The notes under the pieces: model-generated | Seen by the model: the letters and a program-made list of their open reading frames with translations, nothing else | What the model was told of the DNA's origin: nothing | Database searches by the model: none | Translations under genes and position numbers: made by a program | Origin: Gulosibacter massiliensis | Lineage (GTDB): Bacteria; Actinomycetota; Actinomycetes; Actinomycetales; Microbacteriaceae | Length of the DNA: 64,000 bases | Reading direction: 5' to 3' | Assembly (NCBI GenBank): GCA_945949175.1 | Contig: CAMFDU010000001.1 | Span: forward strand, 10,500-74,499 | In this document: positions 1 through 11,535 of the stretch, one piece after another | How the letters are laid out: every line of letters begins with the position of its first letter | Position numbering within the stretch: the stretch's first letter is position 1

Positions 1-338
1 TTCGCGAGCGAGCGGGCCGCTTTCATTGGCCCGAGTGCACGCTGCTGCCCTGCCCGGTCCACCGGGATTTGACCGAGTCCGCGCAACACCGTTCCCAAAA
101 CGGGTACACGAAACAACGATTCTTTGGCCATAAAACGAGGAGTACGGCCCGCTCGCCACAATGCAACACCCATCACCACGGGATCAATTGCACTGAAGTG
201 ACACGGCGCGAGGATGAACGCGCCTTGTGCGGGGATGTTTTCTTTGCCGCGAACCGTGATGCGCGAGATGAGTCCCATGAGGGGCAGGGCAATGCTCGCG
301 GTAATGCGCCAGCCCGCAGTTTTTTCGGTCTTTGTCAT
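1..338 (-). CDS. 1-acyl-sn-glycerol-3-phosphate (lysophospholipid) acyltransferase, N-terminal part; the gene runs off the left edge
   Basis: Absent from the ORF track because it is truncated by the window. Minus-strand translation from ATG (336-338) gives MTKTEKTAGWRITASIALPLMGLISRITVRGKENIPAQGAFILAPCHFSAIDPVVMG...FMAKESLFRVPVLG, with an H(x)4D acyltransferase motif (HFSAID). GAGGAG lies 4 nt upstream of the ATG. Confidence 0.75.
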   Translation of the reverse strand, partial: MTKTEKTAGWRITASIALPLMGLISRITVRGKENIPAQGAFILAPCHFSAIDPVVMGVALWRAGRTPRFMAKESLFRVPVLGTVLRGLGQIPVDRAGQQRALGPMKAARSLA

Positions 339-360
339 CCTGCTCCTCTTTGCGGAAAGC

Positions 361-1728
361 CTAGTCCGCGAGCTCAAAGTCGGCGCCGAGGTCGCGGAGC
401 TTGTCGATGAAGTGTTCGTAGCCGCGGGCAATTATTCCCACATTGCTGATTGTGCTCGTCCCCGACGCGGCGAGCGCCGCAATAAGATGCGAAAAACCTC
501 CGCGAAGGTCAGGAACGCGAATGTCGGTGCCGTGGAGCGGTGTCGGGCCCTCAATGACCGCCGCTTGCTCCAACTTGCGACGCGGTACGCGACGCGTAAT
601 GGACGCGATTCCATCCTGATGAATTTCGATTTTTGCACCCATCTTGTTGAGCGATTCAGTGAACCCGAAGCGATTCTCGTAAACCGTCTCGTGAACAATC
701 GACGTGCCTTCAGCTTGCGTCAGGGCGACAACCAGCGGTTGCTGCCAGTCAGTCATGAAACCGGGGTGAACATCGGTTTCGACGACGACAGGATTCAACT
801 GGCCTCCCGGGTGTCGGAATCGAATTCCGTCCTCGTGGACTTCGAACTCGCCGCCCACTTTGCGGAACACATTGAGGAAAGTAAGAAGCTCTTGTTGCTT
901 GGCTCCTACAACAAAGATGTCGCCTTGTGTGACGAGTGCTGCGCACGCCCACGACGCCGCTTCGTTTCGGTCGAAAAGCGATCGATGTTCGAACCCGTGA
1001 AGACTTTCGACCCCTTCGATGAAGATGGTGCGGTTCGGTTCAATCCAAATAATCGCGCCCATCTTCTGCAGAATCGCGATGAGGTCCATGATCTCAGGCT
1101 CGATCGCGGCGTTCTTGAGTTCGGTCACACCCTCAGCGCGAACGGCCGTGAGCAAGACCTGCTCCGTCGCACCGACAGACGGGAAGGGCAGTTCAATGTG
1201 CGCTCCCTTGAGTCGCTCGGGCGCAGTGAGGTGAATCCCCTGAGGTTGCTTGGTGACCACTGCCCCGAACGCGCGAAGGGCGTCAAGGTGAAAATCGATG
1301 GGTCGATCGCCAATTCGGCAGCCACCAAGGTCGGGGATGAACGCTTCGCCGAGCTGGTGAAGCAACGGCCCGCAAAACAGAATCGGAATTCGGCTGGATC
1401 CGGCGTGCGCATCGATCTCGGCAAAGTGTGCGCTTGTGACGTTCGTCGGGTCGAGGGTGAGTTCTCCTTCGGCCGAGTCGGTGACGTGGACACCGTGAGC
1501 TTCAAGAAGCCCGCGCACGACGGCAACATCCGAAATGTTGGGGACATCACGCAAAACGGATAGTGAATCACCGAGAAGTGCCGCCACCATTGCCTTGGTC
1601 ACGAGGTTTTTTGCACCACGCACATCCACACGCCCGTGAAGTGGTTTTCCGCCGTGAATGATGAGCGTGTCGACCGACAGGCCGACTTTCGCTCCTTGCG
1701 CACGAGCGTCGTCGTCGTGTGACGTCAT
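361..1728 (-). CDS. murA: UDP-N-acetylglucosamine 1-carboxyvinyltransferase
   Basis: ORF 361..1755. [32 protein letters not shown] and the overall length match the MurA/EPSP-synthase fold. Start trimmed to ATG 1726-1728, which overlaps the leuD stop (ATGA). Confidence 0.9.
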   Translation of the reverse strand: MTSHDDDARAQGAKVGLSVDTLIIHGGKPLHGRVDVRGAKNLVTKAMVAALLGDSLSVLRDVPNISDVAVVRGLLEAHGVHVTDSAEGELTLDPTNVTSAHFAEIDAHAGSSRIPILFCGPLLHQLGEAFIPDLGGCRIGDRPIDFHLDALRAFGAVVTKQPQGIHLTAPERLKGAHIELPFPSVGATEQVLLTAVRAEGVTELKNAAIEPEIMDLIAILQKMGAIIWIEPNRTIFIEGVESLHGFEHRSLFDRNEAASWACAALVTQGDIFVVGAKQQELLTFLNVFRKVGGEFEVHEDGIRFRHPGGQLNPVVVETDVHPGFMTDWQQPLVVALTQAEGTSIVHETVYENRFGFTESLNKMGAKIEIHQDGIASITRRVPRRKLEQAAVIEGPTPLHGTDIRVPDLRGGFSHLIAALAASGTSTISNVGIIARGYEHFIDKLRDLGADFELAD

Positions 1729-2321
1729 CGGGCTGGCAACGTCGTCGGGCGCCACGATTCTCGGCGCGATTCAAAACCATCGATGTCGGCCTCGTGGCGC
1801 AGCGTCAAACCAATGTCGTCGAGGCCTTCCATGAGTCTCCATCGGGTGTAGTCGTCAATCTCGAATGCGCTAGTCACGCTTCCACACGTTACCGTGCGCG
1901 ACTCGACATCAACGGTCACCTCTGTTCCGGGGGTGGTTTCGAGGGCTACCCAAATTCGCTCAACAACGGCCTCTGGGACGACAGCGGTCAATAGCCCCTG
2001 TTTGCCCGAGTTACCTCGAAAGATGTCACCAAAGCGCGGTGCGATGACCGCGCGGAAACCGAAGTCCCGAAGCGCCCAGACAGCGTGTTCTCGAGACGAA
2101 CCGGTTCCAAAGTCCATACCGGCGACGAGGACGGTCCCGTGCGAGAACGGTTCGATATTGAGAACGAACTCGGGGTCTTTGCGCCAGCGTTCGAACAACG
2201 CGTCTTCAAAACCCGTCTTTGTGACCCGCTTGAGAAATTCGGCGGGGATGATCTGATCAGTATCGACGTTCGTGCGACGAAGTGGCACACCGATTCCCGA
2301 GATTGTCGAGACTTTTTCCAC
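1725..2321 (-). CDS. leuD: 3-isopropylmalate dehydratase small subunit
   Basis: ORF 1725..2522 contains [40 protein letters not shown]...[17 protein letters not shown]. Start set at GTG 2319-2321, preceded by GGAG and 2 nt after the leuC stop. Confidence 0.9.
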   Translation of the reverse strand: MEKVSTISGIGVPLRRTNVDTDQIIPAEFLKRVTKTGFEDALFERWRKDPEFVLNIEPFSHGTVLVAGMDFGTGSSREHAVWALRDFGFRAVIAPRFGDIFRGNSGKQGLLTAVVPEAVVERIWVALETTPGTEVTVDVESRTVTCGSVTSAFEIDDYTRWRLMEGLDDIGLTLRHEADIDGFESRRESWRPTTLPAR

Positions 2322-2323
2322 GT

Positions 2324-3745
2324 CTACTCCACATCCCACGGGCTCGCGAGCGTTCCGCGAATTGCGGTTGCGGCGGCGACAAGCGGCGAAACAAGATGAG
2401 TGCGACCCCCCGCACCTTGTCGTCCTTCGAAGTTTCGATTCGACGTCGACGCACAGCGCTCGCCAGGTTGCAGTTGGTCGGGGTTCATCCCGAGACACAT
2501 CGAACAGCCGGCGAAACGCCATTCACCGCCAAATTCGGTCACGATCGTATCGATTCCTTCGGCCTCGGCTTCGAGGCGAACGCGCGCCGACCCTGGGACG
2601 ACCATGAGTTTGACACCGTCGGCCAGCTTTTTACCTTTGATGACGTTCGCGAAGGCACGCAGGTCTTCGATTCGGGAATTCGTGCACGAACCCATGAACA
2701 CCTGGTCGACGCGGATGTCTTTCATGGGAGTTCCCGCGACGAGGTCCATGTATTCCAGGGCGCGTTCTGCGTTTGCGCGTTCGTTAGGATCGGCGATGTC
2801 CGCAGGATTCGGAACCGATTCGGACAGTGCAACGCCCTGTCCTGGGTTTGTCCCCCAGGTGACGAAGGGCTCGAGAGTGTCACCATCAAGCACAACCTCG
2901 GCGTCGAAGGTTGCCCCCTCATCAGTGGGCAACGTTTTCCAAAAAGCAACCGCGGCATCCCAATCAGCGCCTTCAGGCGCATGTGCGCGACCCTTGAGGT
3001 ACGCAAACGTTGTCTCGTCTGGAGCAACCATTCCGGCGCGTGCGCCCGCTTCAATCGACATATTGCAAATCGTCATTCGACCTTCCATCGACAATTCCCG
3101 AATTGCACTACCCCGATATTCCAGGACATAACCCTGGCCACCACCGGTGCCAATCTTTGCAATCACCGCAAGAATTATGTCCTTTGCAGTAACACCCGGG
3201 CGCAAGTGGCCATTGACCGTGATGGCCATGGTCTTGAAAGGGGTGAGAGGAAGCGTCTGTGTCGCAAGAACGTGCTCGACTTCTGATGTGCCGATTCCTA
3301 ACGCCATCGCACCGAACGCGCCGTGGGTCGAGGTGTGGCTGTCGCCACAGACAACGGTGATACCGGGCATCGTCAGCCCGAGTTGCGGCCCGACGACGTG
3401 AACGATTCCTTGTTCGATGTCCCCGAGGGAGTGGAGGCGGATACCGAATTCTTTCGCGTTCGTTCGAAGCGCATCAATCTGGGTTCGCGAAATCGGGTCG
3501 GCAATCTGTGCGCCGATGTTGAGTGTAGGAGTGTTGTGGTCCTCGGTCGCGATCGTTAAGTCAGGCCGACGAACGGGCCGTCCGGCCTGGCGGAGACCAT
3601 CAAAAGCCTGCGGGCTCGTTACTTCATGCACGAGGTGCAGGTCGATGTACAGCAGGTCAGGTTCACCGTTTTCGCCCTTGACGACAAGGTGGTCATCCCA
3701 GACCTTTTCGGCAAGTGTCCGTGGACGGTTCGACGCGGTGTTCAT
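2324..3745 (-). CDS. leuC: 3-isopropylmalate dehydratase large subunit
   Basis: ORF 2324..3808. [21 protein letters not shown]...[17 protein letters not shown]...[14 protein letters not shown]...[13 protein letters not shown] is the aconitase-family LeuC signature. ATG at 3743-3745. Confidence 0.93.
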   Translation of the reverse strand: MNTASNRPRTLAEKVWDDHLVVKGENGEPDLLYIDLHLVHEVTSPQAFDGLRQAGRPVRRPDLTIATEDHNTPTLNIGAQIADPISRTQIDALRTNAKEFGIRLHSLGDIEQGIVHVVGPQLGLTMPGITVVCGDSHTSTHGAFGAMALGIGTSEVEHVLATQTLPLTPFKTMAITVNGHLRPGVTAKDIILAVIAKIGTGGGQGYVLEYRGSAIRELSMEGRMTICNMSIEAGARAGMVAPDETTFAYLKGRAHAPEGADWDAAVAFWKTLPTDEGATFDAEVVLDGDTLEPFVTWGTNPGQGVALSESVPNPADIADPNERANAERALEYMDLVAGTPMKDIRVDQVFMGSCTNSRIEDLRAFANVIKGKKLADGVKLMVVPGSARVRLEAEAEGIDTIVTEFGGEWRFAGCSMCLGMNPDQLQPGERCASTSNRNFEGRQGAGGRTHLVSPLVAAATAIRGTLASPWDVE

Positions 3746-3773
3746 CCGCCCCAGTTTATCAGCGTGAGACCCT

Positions 3774-4778
3774 TTATTTTGCGGACAATTCGCGCTTCGT
3801 ACGCGCAATGCTTGCGAGGACAGCCACCGTCAGCGTGAGGACAATAACGACGAGCGAAAGCCAGGTTGGGATTTCGGGAACTATTTCAACATGTTGCCCA
3901 TTGTTGATGAACGGGAGTTCGTTGAGGTGCAGCGCGTGGTTGACGAGCTTGAAACCGATGAAACCGAGGATAAACGCGATTCCGTGGCCGAGGTAGTGGA
4001 GTCGATCCACGAGGTCACCCAACAGGAAGTACAACTGTCGAAGCCCCATCAGCGCGAGGATGTTGCAGGTGAACACGAGGAACGGGCTCGTCGTGATACC
4101 AAAAATCGCCGGGATCGAGTCGAGTGCGAAAACCACGTCGATGGCCCCCAAGGAAACGAGGACAAGGATCGCGGGGGTGAAGAACTTTTCGCCGTTGACC
4201 ATCTTGCGCCAGCGCTCGGTGTCGCGCCATTCGGGGTGGACGTTCAGCACCTTTTTGAGCCAGGCGACAAAGAAGTTGTCCTCGCCGCTGCCGTGTTCGT
4301 CCTTCTCGCGCATCTGCTGAATCGCGACGAAGACCAGGTATGCACCGAAGATGTAGAACAACCACGAGTAGCTCTCGAGAAGAGCGGCACCGAGGACGAT
4401 GAAAATCGCGCGGAAAATCAGTGCCAGCACGATTCCCATCATCAATAGTTCCTGTTGCATTCTCTTGGGAACACGGAACTGCGCCATGATGATGAGGAAG
4501 ACGAAGACGTTGTCTGCCGACAGCGAGTATTCGGTTAGCCAACCCGCATAGAACTGAAGACCCAGCTCGGTTCCGTTCAAGCCGGCGTCGTTAGCGACGA
4601 GGATGATCAAGATTCCGAAAACGATGGCGAGGCTGACATAGAACGTTATCCACAGCGCCGATTCACGCGTCGATGGGATGTGCGGGCGCCTCACCACGAG
4701 GAACAAATCGAAGAGCAGGATTGCCACGAGAACCGCATACGACGTGATTTCGAACCAGAGGGGCAGGGCATCATCCAT
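3774..4778 (-). CDS. TerC family integral membrane protein
   Basis: 334-aa polytopic protein; [19 protein letters not shown] and a second ..[12 protein letters not shown].. repeat are typical of TerC/Alx. Confidence 0.85.
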   Translation of the reverse strand: MDDALPLWFEITSYAVLVAILLFDLFLVVRRPHIPSTRESALWITFYVSLAIVFGILIILVANDAGLNGTELGLQFYAGWLTEYSLSADNVFVFLIIMAQFRVPKRMQQELLMMGIVLALIFRAIFIVLGAALLESYSWLFYIFGAYLVFVAIQQMREKDEHGSGEDNFFVAWLKKVLNVHPEWRDTERWRKMVNGEKFFTPAILVLVSLGAIDVVFALDSIPAIFGITTSPFLVFTCNILALMGLRQLYFLLGDLVDRLHYLGHGIAFILGFIGFKLVNHALHLNELPFINNGQHVEIVPEIPTWLSLVVIVLTLTVAVLASIARTKRELSAK

Positions 4779-4822
4779 GGAAAAATCTTATCAGCGGAGT
4801 TCGGAGTGCTCGTCGCGTCATG

Positions 4823-4853
4823 CACAAAACCCCCGACGGTTAGCCGTCGAGGG
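4823..4853 (-). terminator. Intrinsic terminator downstream of tRNA-Glu
   Basis: Minus strand reads CCCTCGACGG-CTAA-CCGTCGGGGG followed by TTTTGTG: a 10-bp stem with one G:U pair, a tetraloop and a U-tract. Confidence 0.55.
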
Positions 4854-4860
4854 CGAGTTG

Positions 4861-4933
4861 TGACCCCAGCGGGATTCGAACCCGCGTTACCGCCGTGAGA
4901 GGGCAGCGTACTAGGCCGCTATACGATGGGGCC
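4861..4933 (-). tRNA. tRNA-Glu (anticodon CUC)
   Basis: Minus strand GGCCCCATCGTATAGCGGCCTAGTACGCTGCCCTCTCACGGCGGTAACGCGGGTTCGAATCCCGCTGGGGTCA folds as a cloverleaf. Anticodon loop is CTCTCAC and the T-loop is TTCGAAT. CCA is not encoded. Confidence 0.9.
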
Positions 4934-4988
4934 GAACACAACTGGACAAGTATCGCACAGGCGGGGAACCGCGCGCAAACCGGTGCTG

Positions 4989-5906
4989 TTAAGGGCGGGT
5001 GTCAAGCACGGGAAGCGACCGGGGTGCGACCTCAACGTCCATGGGGAGCGGCGCGATTCGCTCGCCATCGCTGTATCCGACCAGATTGGGCGATTCGAGT
5101 CGGAACTTCTTGCCTTGGCGAATGACGACGCGGGGGTCGGTGACGTGCGTCCCCTTGAACACCTTCGGATAAATCCGAATGAAATCAAAACGGGATAACG
5201 GCCTCACCATCATCATGTCGAGCAGACCGTCATCGGCTTTTGCTTGAGGGCAAATCTTCATTCCCCCGCCGTACTGGCTGTTGTTGGCGATTGTCGTGAG
5301 AATGGCCCGTTCAGTCGTCAGTTTTCCGTCAATTGTGACGGTGTAATGAATCGGTTTCAACTTGGCTAGTTCGATGAGCATCGCGACGGTGTATCGCGAC
5401 GGCCCCTTCGGAAAGGCGAGGTGGTTGACGGTTTCGTTGACAAGCGCATCGAATCCGGCCGACATCGTCGAACAAAACCAGCGTTCGCCCCCCTTCCACG
5501 ACATTCGCCCGGCATCGATTCGCCACACGGGTTTGTCGAGTGACGCAATCAGCCGTGCGATCGCGGCGTCAATGTCGCCCACCGGCATCCCCAGGATTCC
5601 CTCGGCGGTGTCGTTGCCCGTTCCGCTCGGCAGAATTCCCAGTGGGGTGTCAGTGTTGATGCACACGTTGGTGCCCAATTGGGCAGTACCGTCGCCCCCC
5701 ACGACAATGAGGGCGTCAACGCCCTCAGCAACAGCGTTACGCGCCAACGACTCGAGGTGCTCATACGAGTCGGTCGACAATTCAGAGACCTGGCGACCCG
5801 TCGCGCGCAACGCTTCGACCAATCGATGCCCGTAGTCGCGGTGAGCGCCCTGCGCAGCACTCGGGTTCACCGCGACGGCAATGTGCTGGCGGGACAACGT
5901 TGTCAT
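4989..5906 (-). CDS. Diacylglycerol kinase family lipid kinase
   Basis: ORF 4989..5924. MTTLSRQHIAVAVNPSA...DALIVVGGDGTAQLG...LGILPSGTGNDTA matches the DAGK catalytic-domain motifs. ATG at 5904-5906. Confidence 0.85.
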   Translation of the reverse strand: MTTLSRQHIAVAVNPSAAQGAHRDYGHRLVEALRATGRQVSELSTDSYEHLESLARNAVAEGVDALIVVGGDGTAQLGTNVCINTDTPLGILPSGTGNDTAEGILGMPVGDIDAAIARLIASLDKPVWRIDAGRMSWKGGERWFCSTMSAGFDALVNETVNHLAFPKGPSRYTVAMLIELAKLKPIHYTVTIDGKLTTERAILTTIANNSQYGGGMKICPQAKADDGLLDMMMVRPLSRFDFIRIYPKVFKGTHVTDPRVVIRQGKKFRLESPNLVGYSDGERIAPLPMDVEVAPRSLPVLDTRP

Positions 5907-5951
5907 CCGCAAACAGTAGCGCAAACGCTCGACAGCTCGAGAAAACTAGTG

Positions 5952-6023
5952 CTGGGGTGCCTGGACTCGAACCAAGAACAAAGGTACCAGAAACCTCCGT
6001 GTTGCCAATTACACCACACCCCA
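5952..6023 (-). tRNA. tRNA-Gln (anticodon CUG)
   Basis: Minus strand TGGGGTGTGGTGTAATTGGCAACACGGAGGTTTCTGGTACCTTTGTTCTTGGTTCGAGTCCAGGCACCCCAG. Anticodon loop is TTCTGGT and the T-loop is TTCGAGT. Confidence 0.9.
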
Positions 6024-6101
6024 CAGGCGACAGAGCCGCTTCGCGCTAGCCTACCAAACGGCAAGGACCGCACGAAATTGGTCAGCGAAGCCCGCCGGTT
6101 G

Positions 6102-7598
6102 TCACAACGAGCCTCGTAATGAGGCAATTCGAGCCAGGCTGGATTCGCGTCCGAGAATCTCCATCGACTCGAAAAGGGGTGGGCTGATTCGACGCCCCGA
6201 GATGGCGGTACGGACCGACCCGAACGCGCTGCGTGGCTTCAATTCGAGTCTCTCGATCAGACTGGCTCGAAGCGTTTCCTCGATGTTCGGCGTTGACCAA
6301 TCGACGAGTTCCGTGAGGGCCTCAGATGCGGCATCAAGAATCCGGGCGGCGTCCGAGTCGAGCGTCCCACGCGCGTCGTCGGCCACGGTGAGGTCGGCAT
6401 CCTCGGTGAACAAGAATCGAATCATCTCGGGGATCTCGCCCATCAACTGGGTTCGTTCCTGAATGTGCGGCGCGATTTCGGTTAGACGCGCGAGTTGGTG
6501 GCTGGTGGGGTTTGCGTCAACTAACTCAGCGGCATGAAGATACGGCAGAGTCCGTTCGATGAACGCGTCACGCGACAAAAGGCGAATGTGATCACCGTTG
6601 ATGGATTCGGCTTTTTTCAGATCGAACCGCGCCGGGTTCGGATTGACATCAGCCACATCGAATGCGGCAATCATTTCGTCGACGGTGAAAATGTCGCGAT
6701 CCGCCGAAATCGACCATCCCAAGAGCGAAAGGTAGTTCAGCAATCCCTCGCGGATGAACCCCCGGTCACGGTGGTGGAACAGATTCGATTCCGGGTCGCG
6801 CTTGGACAACTTCTTGTTGCCCTCGCCCATGACATACGGAAGGTGTCCAAAGCGGGGGACAAAAGTTGTCACGCCAGCCTCGATCAGAGCGTGGTACAGC
6901 GCAATCTGACGGGGTGTGGACGACAACAGGTCTTCCCCGCGCAATACGTGGGTGACGCCCATGAGCGCATCGTCGACCGGGTTGACGAAGGTGTAGAGGG
7001 GTGCGCCGTTCGGTCGGACAACGACAAAATCCGTTGTTGTTCCGACGGGGAAGGTGATGGGTCCACGAACGAGGTCATCGAACCCGAGATCCTCGCTTGG
7101 GACTCGAAGCCGCAGCGCTGGCTGGCGGCCTTCAGCGCGAAAAGCCGAGCGTTCATCGGCGGTCAGGTCCCGCTCAAAGTTGTCATAGCCCATCTTGGGG
7201 TCACGGCCAGCGGCTAAGTTGCGCGCTTCCATTTCTTCAGGGGTGACGAACGATTCGTACAGGTGCCCCGAAGCGAGAAGTGCAGCGATGATCTCTTGAT
7301 AAATCTCTGTGCGTTGCGACTGACGATACGGTTCGTGCGGGCCGCCTTTGACCACACCCTCGTCCCAGTCCAGGCCGAGCCAACTCAGGGCATCCAACAG
7401 TTGTTCGTAGGACTCTTCTGAGTCGCGTTCGGCATCAGTGTCCTCGATCCGGAAGATGAACGTCCCGCCAACATGACGCGCGTATGCCCAATTGAACAGA
7501 CACGTCCGAATCAGTCCGACGTGCGGAGTGCCCGTCGGTGAAGGGCAAAAACGGACGCGAATGTCGCTGCCCGTGGTAGTAGAGAACGGAGTCTTCAT
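6102..7598 (-). CDS. gltX: Glutamate--tRNA ligase
   Basis: [28 protein letters not shown] (HIGH-type motif), [18 protein letters not shown] and KLSKR (KMSKS-type motif). Confidence 0.95.
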   Translation of the reverse strand: MKTPFSTTTGSDIRVRFCPSPTGTPHVGLIRTCLFNWAYARHVGGTFIFRIEDTDAERDSEESYEQLLDALSWLGLDWDEGVVKGGPHEPYRQSQRTEIYQEIIAALLASGHLYESFVTPEEMEARNLAAGRDPKMGYDNFERDLTADERSAFRAEGRQPALRLRVPSEDLGFDDLVRGPITFPVGTTTDFVVVRPNGAPLYTFVNPVDDALMGVTHVLRGEDLLSSTPRQIALYHALIEAGVTTFVPRFGHLPYVMGEGNKKLSKRDPESNLFHHRDRGFIREGLLNYLSLLGWSISADRDIFTVDEMIAAFDVADVNPNPARFDLKKAESINGDHIRLLSRDAFIERTLPYLHAAELVDANPTSHQLARLTEIAPHIQERTQLMGEIPEMIRFLFTEDADLTVADDARGTLDSDAARILDAASEALTELVDWSTPNIEETLRASLIERLELKPRSAFGSVRTAISGRRISPPLFESMEILGRESSLARIASLRGSL

Positions 7599-7610
7599 AT
7601 CGGTGTCAGT

Positions 7611-8816
7611 CTATTCCGCGGATTCGCGGGACCGCAGGGTGACAATCAGTCCGATCAGGGCAGCCGCGGAAGCCACAAAGGCGAATGCCGCGACCGAGAG
7701 ACCTGCATAACCCAGCGCCATGACCGCAGGACCAGCAAGGACTCCTGCGATGGCACCGGAAGCACTCATGGCCGCGTCGCTTCGGCCCTGGATGGTGAGG
7801 CGCTTCGGTCCCTGCGAGAGTTCACCAATGAGGGCGCTTCCCGCCACCGTATTGGCGCTCCAGCCAAGCCCGAGGAGGATTAGTCCGATGGTCACGATGG
7901 TGTGGTCCATCGGGAAAATCGCGGTTAGTGCCAGGCTGATCGCCAAAACAACCTGCCCAAGAATGAGCACCGGTACTCGCCCAATCTTGTCGCTAAGAAT
8001 TCCGAACACCGGGGACAACGCGTACATGCCCGCAACGTGTAGCGAAATAACGAAACTTGCTTCGCCGACGGTCGCCCCGTCGTGCACAAGGTGAACGGGA
8101 GTCATTGCCATGACGGCGACCATCGTCGCGTGCCCGAGCCCGATAACCGCGATGGCGAACGGGACCGCACGAGACAGTTTTGCGGCCATGGTTGCCGCAG
8201 TCTTTGTGACGGTCACGGTTGGGACATTGGGGCCAATACCCCGCCAGTAAATCGACGCGGCGGCGAGTTGGGCAGCAACCGTGAATATAAAGGGTCCCGT
8301 CAGTTCGGGCATTCCGAGCGCGTCACCGAGAGCCACACCGACGCCATTGAGGTTTGGGCCGATAATCGCCCCGATGGTCGTCGCCCAGACCACCATCGAC
8401 AAGTCGCGTCCACGATTTTCCGCACTGGAATAATCGGTCACGGCAAATCGGGCTTGGAGGTTTACTGCGCCTCCCACTCCGAGTCCCAAGAGCCCGAGAA
8501 GGACTAGCGGCAACGACATGAGTCCACCCGCGACGATGATGAGCGAACCACCGAAAATGGCGATGGCCGCCCCCATGGTCAACGCGAGCCGCCGACCTCG
8601 TTGCATCGCGACCCTTGCCAGTGGGATTGCAGCGACGGCTGCGCCCAGGGTCGACATGGTGACCGCCAGTCCGGCCGCGGATTCTCCGCCAGCGATATGA
8701 GCGGCAAGAAGCGAACCAACCGACACTGCAGACCCGAGCCCGATTCCCGCCATGACTTGCCCCGCGATGAGAGCCCGACGAATCCGGCGGATATCGTCGA
8801 CCTGGCTCGACCTCAC
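7611..8816 (-). CDS. MFS transporter
   Basis: 401 aa, about 12 hydrophobic segments, Gly/Ala-rich helices. GTG start overlaps the upstream gene's stop (GTGA). Confidence 0.8.
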   Translation of the reverse strand: MRSSQVDDIRRIRRALIAGQVMAGIGLGSAVSVGSLLAAHIAGGESAAGLAVTMSTLGAAVAAIPLARVAMQRGRRLALTMGAAIAIFGGSLIIVAGGLMSLPLVLLGLLGLGVGGAVNLQARFAVTDYSSAENRGRDLSMVVWATTIGAIIGPNLNGVGVALGDALGMPELTGPFIFTVAAQLAAASIYWRGIGPNVPTVTVTKTAATMAAKLSRAVPFAIAVIGLGHATMVAVMAMTPVHLVHDGATVGEASFVISLHVAGMYALSPVFGILSDKIGRVPVLILGQVVLAISLALTAIFPMDHTIVTIGLILLGLGWSANTVAGSALIGELSQGPKRLTIQGRSDAAMSASGAIAGVLAGPAVMALGYAGLSVAAFAFVASAAALIGLIVTLRSRESAE

Positions 8817-9592
8817 GAGACTCGGTCGTCGCGGTTTTTGGCTGGGTTCGATAGCGTTCCGATGCCATCGATCGTGATCTCGACAGTTTGGCCATCAACA
8901 AATCCGCCGAGCCCGGCTGGCGTTCCCGTGCAAATGATGTCACCGGGGAACAGAGTAAAGGCATTCGACACGAACGCAATGATCTCGGGAACTTGATGGG
9001 TCATGTCCCCGGTGAAGCCGTGTCGGCGCACCTCTCCGTCAACGCGAGTCGTGATCTCGTTGTGGGCGAACGGGTCGAATTCGGTTTCAATCCACGGACC
9101 CACCGGACAGAACGTATCGAATCCCTTGGCACGCGCCCACTGACCGTCGGCGAACATGACGTCTCGAGCCGAGACGTCGTTGGCAATCGTGTACCCAAAG
9201 ACGACGTCCGCCCAGTTTTTCTCGGGGACGCGGTGCGCAACAGCCCCGATGACGACCGCGAGTTCTCCCTCGTGGACGATTCGTCCCTCGACGGGGGGAA
9301 GGATGATGTTTTCGCCGGGGCCAATGACCGTTGTCGGCGGCTTGAGGAAGACAAGAGGCGTTGGCGGGCCGTCGTGGTGCATTTCGGCCGCGTGCTCTGC
9401 GAAATTCATGCCGACACAAATCACCTTGGAGGGAACGACGGGTGCCATGGGTGTGATGTCCGCGAACGCTACCGAGACTTCCGTCGTCGTGATTCCATCG
9501 TGAATCGGGTCACCCTCGAGCAAAGTGACGACGTTCCCGTCAATCACCCCGTATCGGGGTTCCCCATCATGGCTAAACCGCACAACTTTCAC
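8813..9592 (-). CDS. Fumarylacetoacetate hydrolase (FAH) family protein
   Basis: VICVGMNFAEHAAEM...VHEGELAVVIG...ANDVSARD...KGFDTFCPVGPW...GDIICTGTPAGLG is typical of the FAH/HpcE-like fold. Confidence 0.88.
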   Translation of the reverse strand: MKVVRFSHDGEPRYGVIDGNVVTLLEGDPIHDGITTTEVSVAFADITPMAPVVPSKVICVGMNFAEHAAEMHHDGPPTPLVFLKPPTTVIGPGENIILPPVEGRIVHEGELAVVIGAVAHRVPEKNWADVVFGYTIANDVSARDVMFADGQWARAKGFDTFCPVGPWIETEFDPFAHNEITTRVDGEVRRHGFTGDMTHQVPEIIAFVSNAFTLFPGDIICTGTPAGLGGFVDGQTVEITIDGIGTLSNPAKNRDDRVS

Positions 9593-9616
9593 AAGGTCAG
9601 CCTATCCTTGCCGCGT

Positions 9617-11524
<1,908 letters not shown>

Positions 11525-11535
11525 GATGGAATCCT

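Noticed and set aside
214-1563. 449-aa plus-strand ORF
   Set aside because: It lies entirely antisense to murA, whose translation has unmistakable family motifs. It is Arg/Val/Gly-rich and low-complexity, typical of shadow ORFs in GC-rich DNA.
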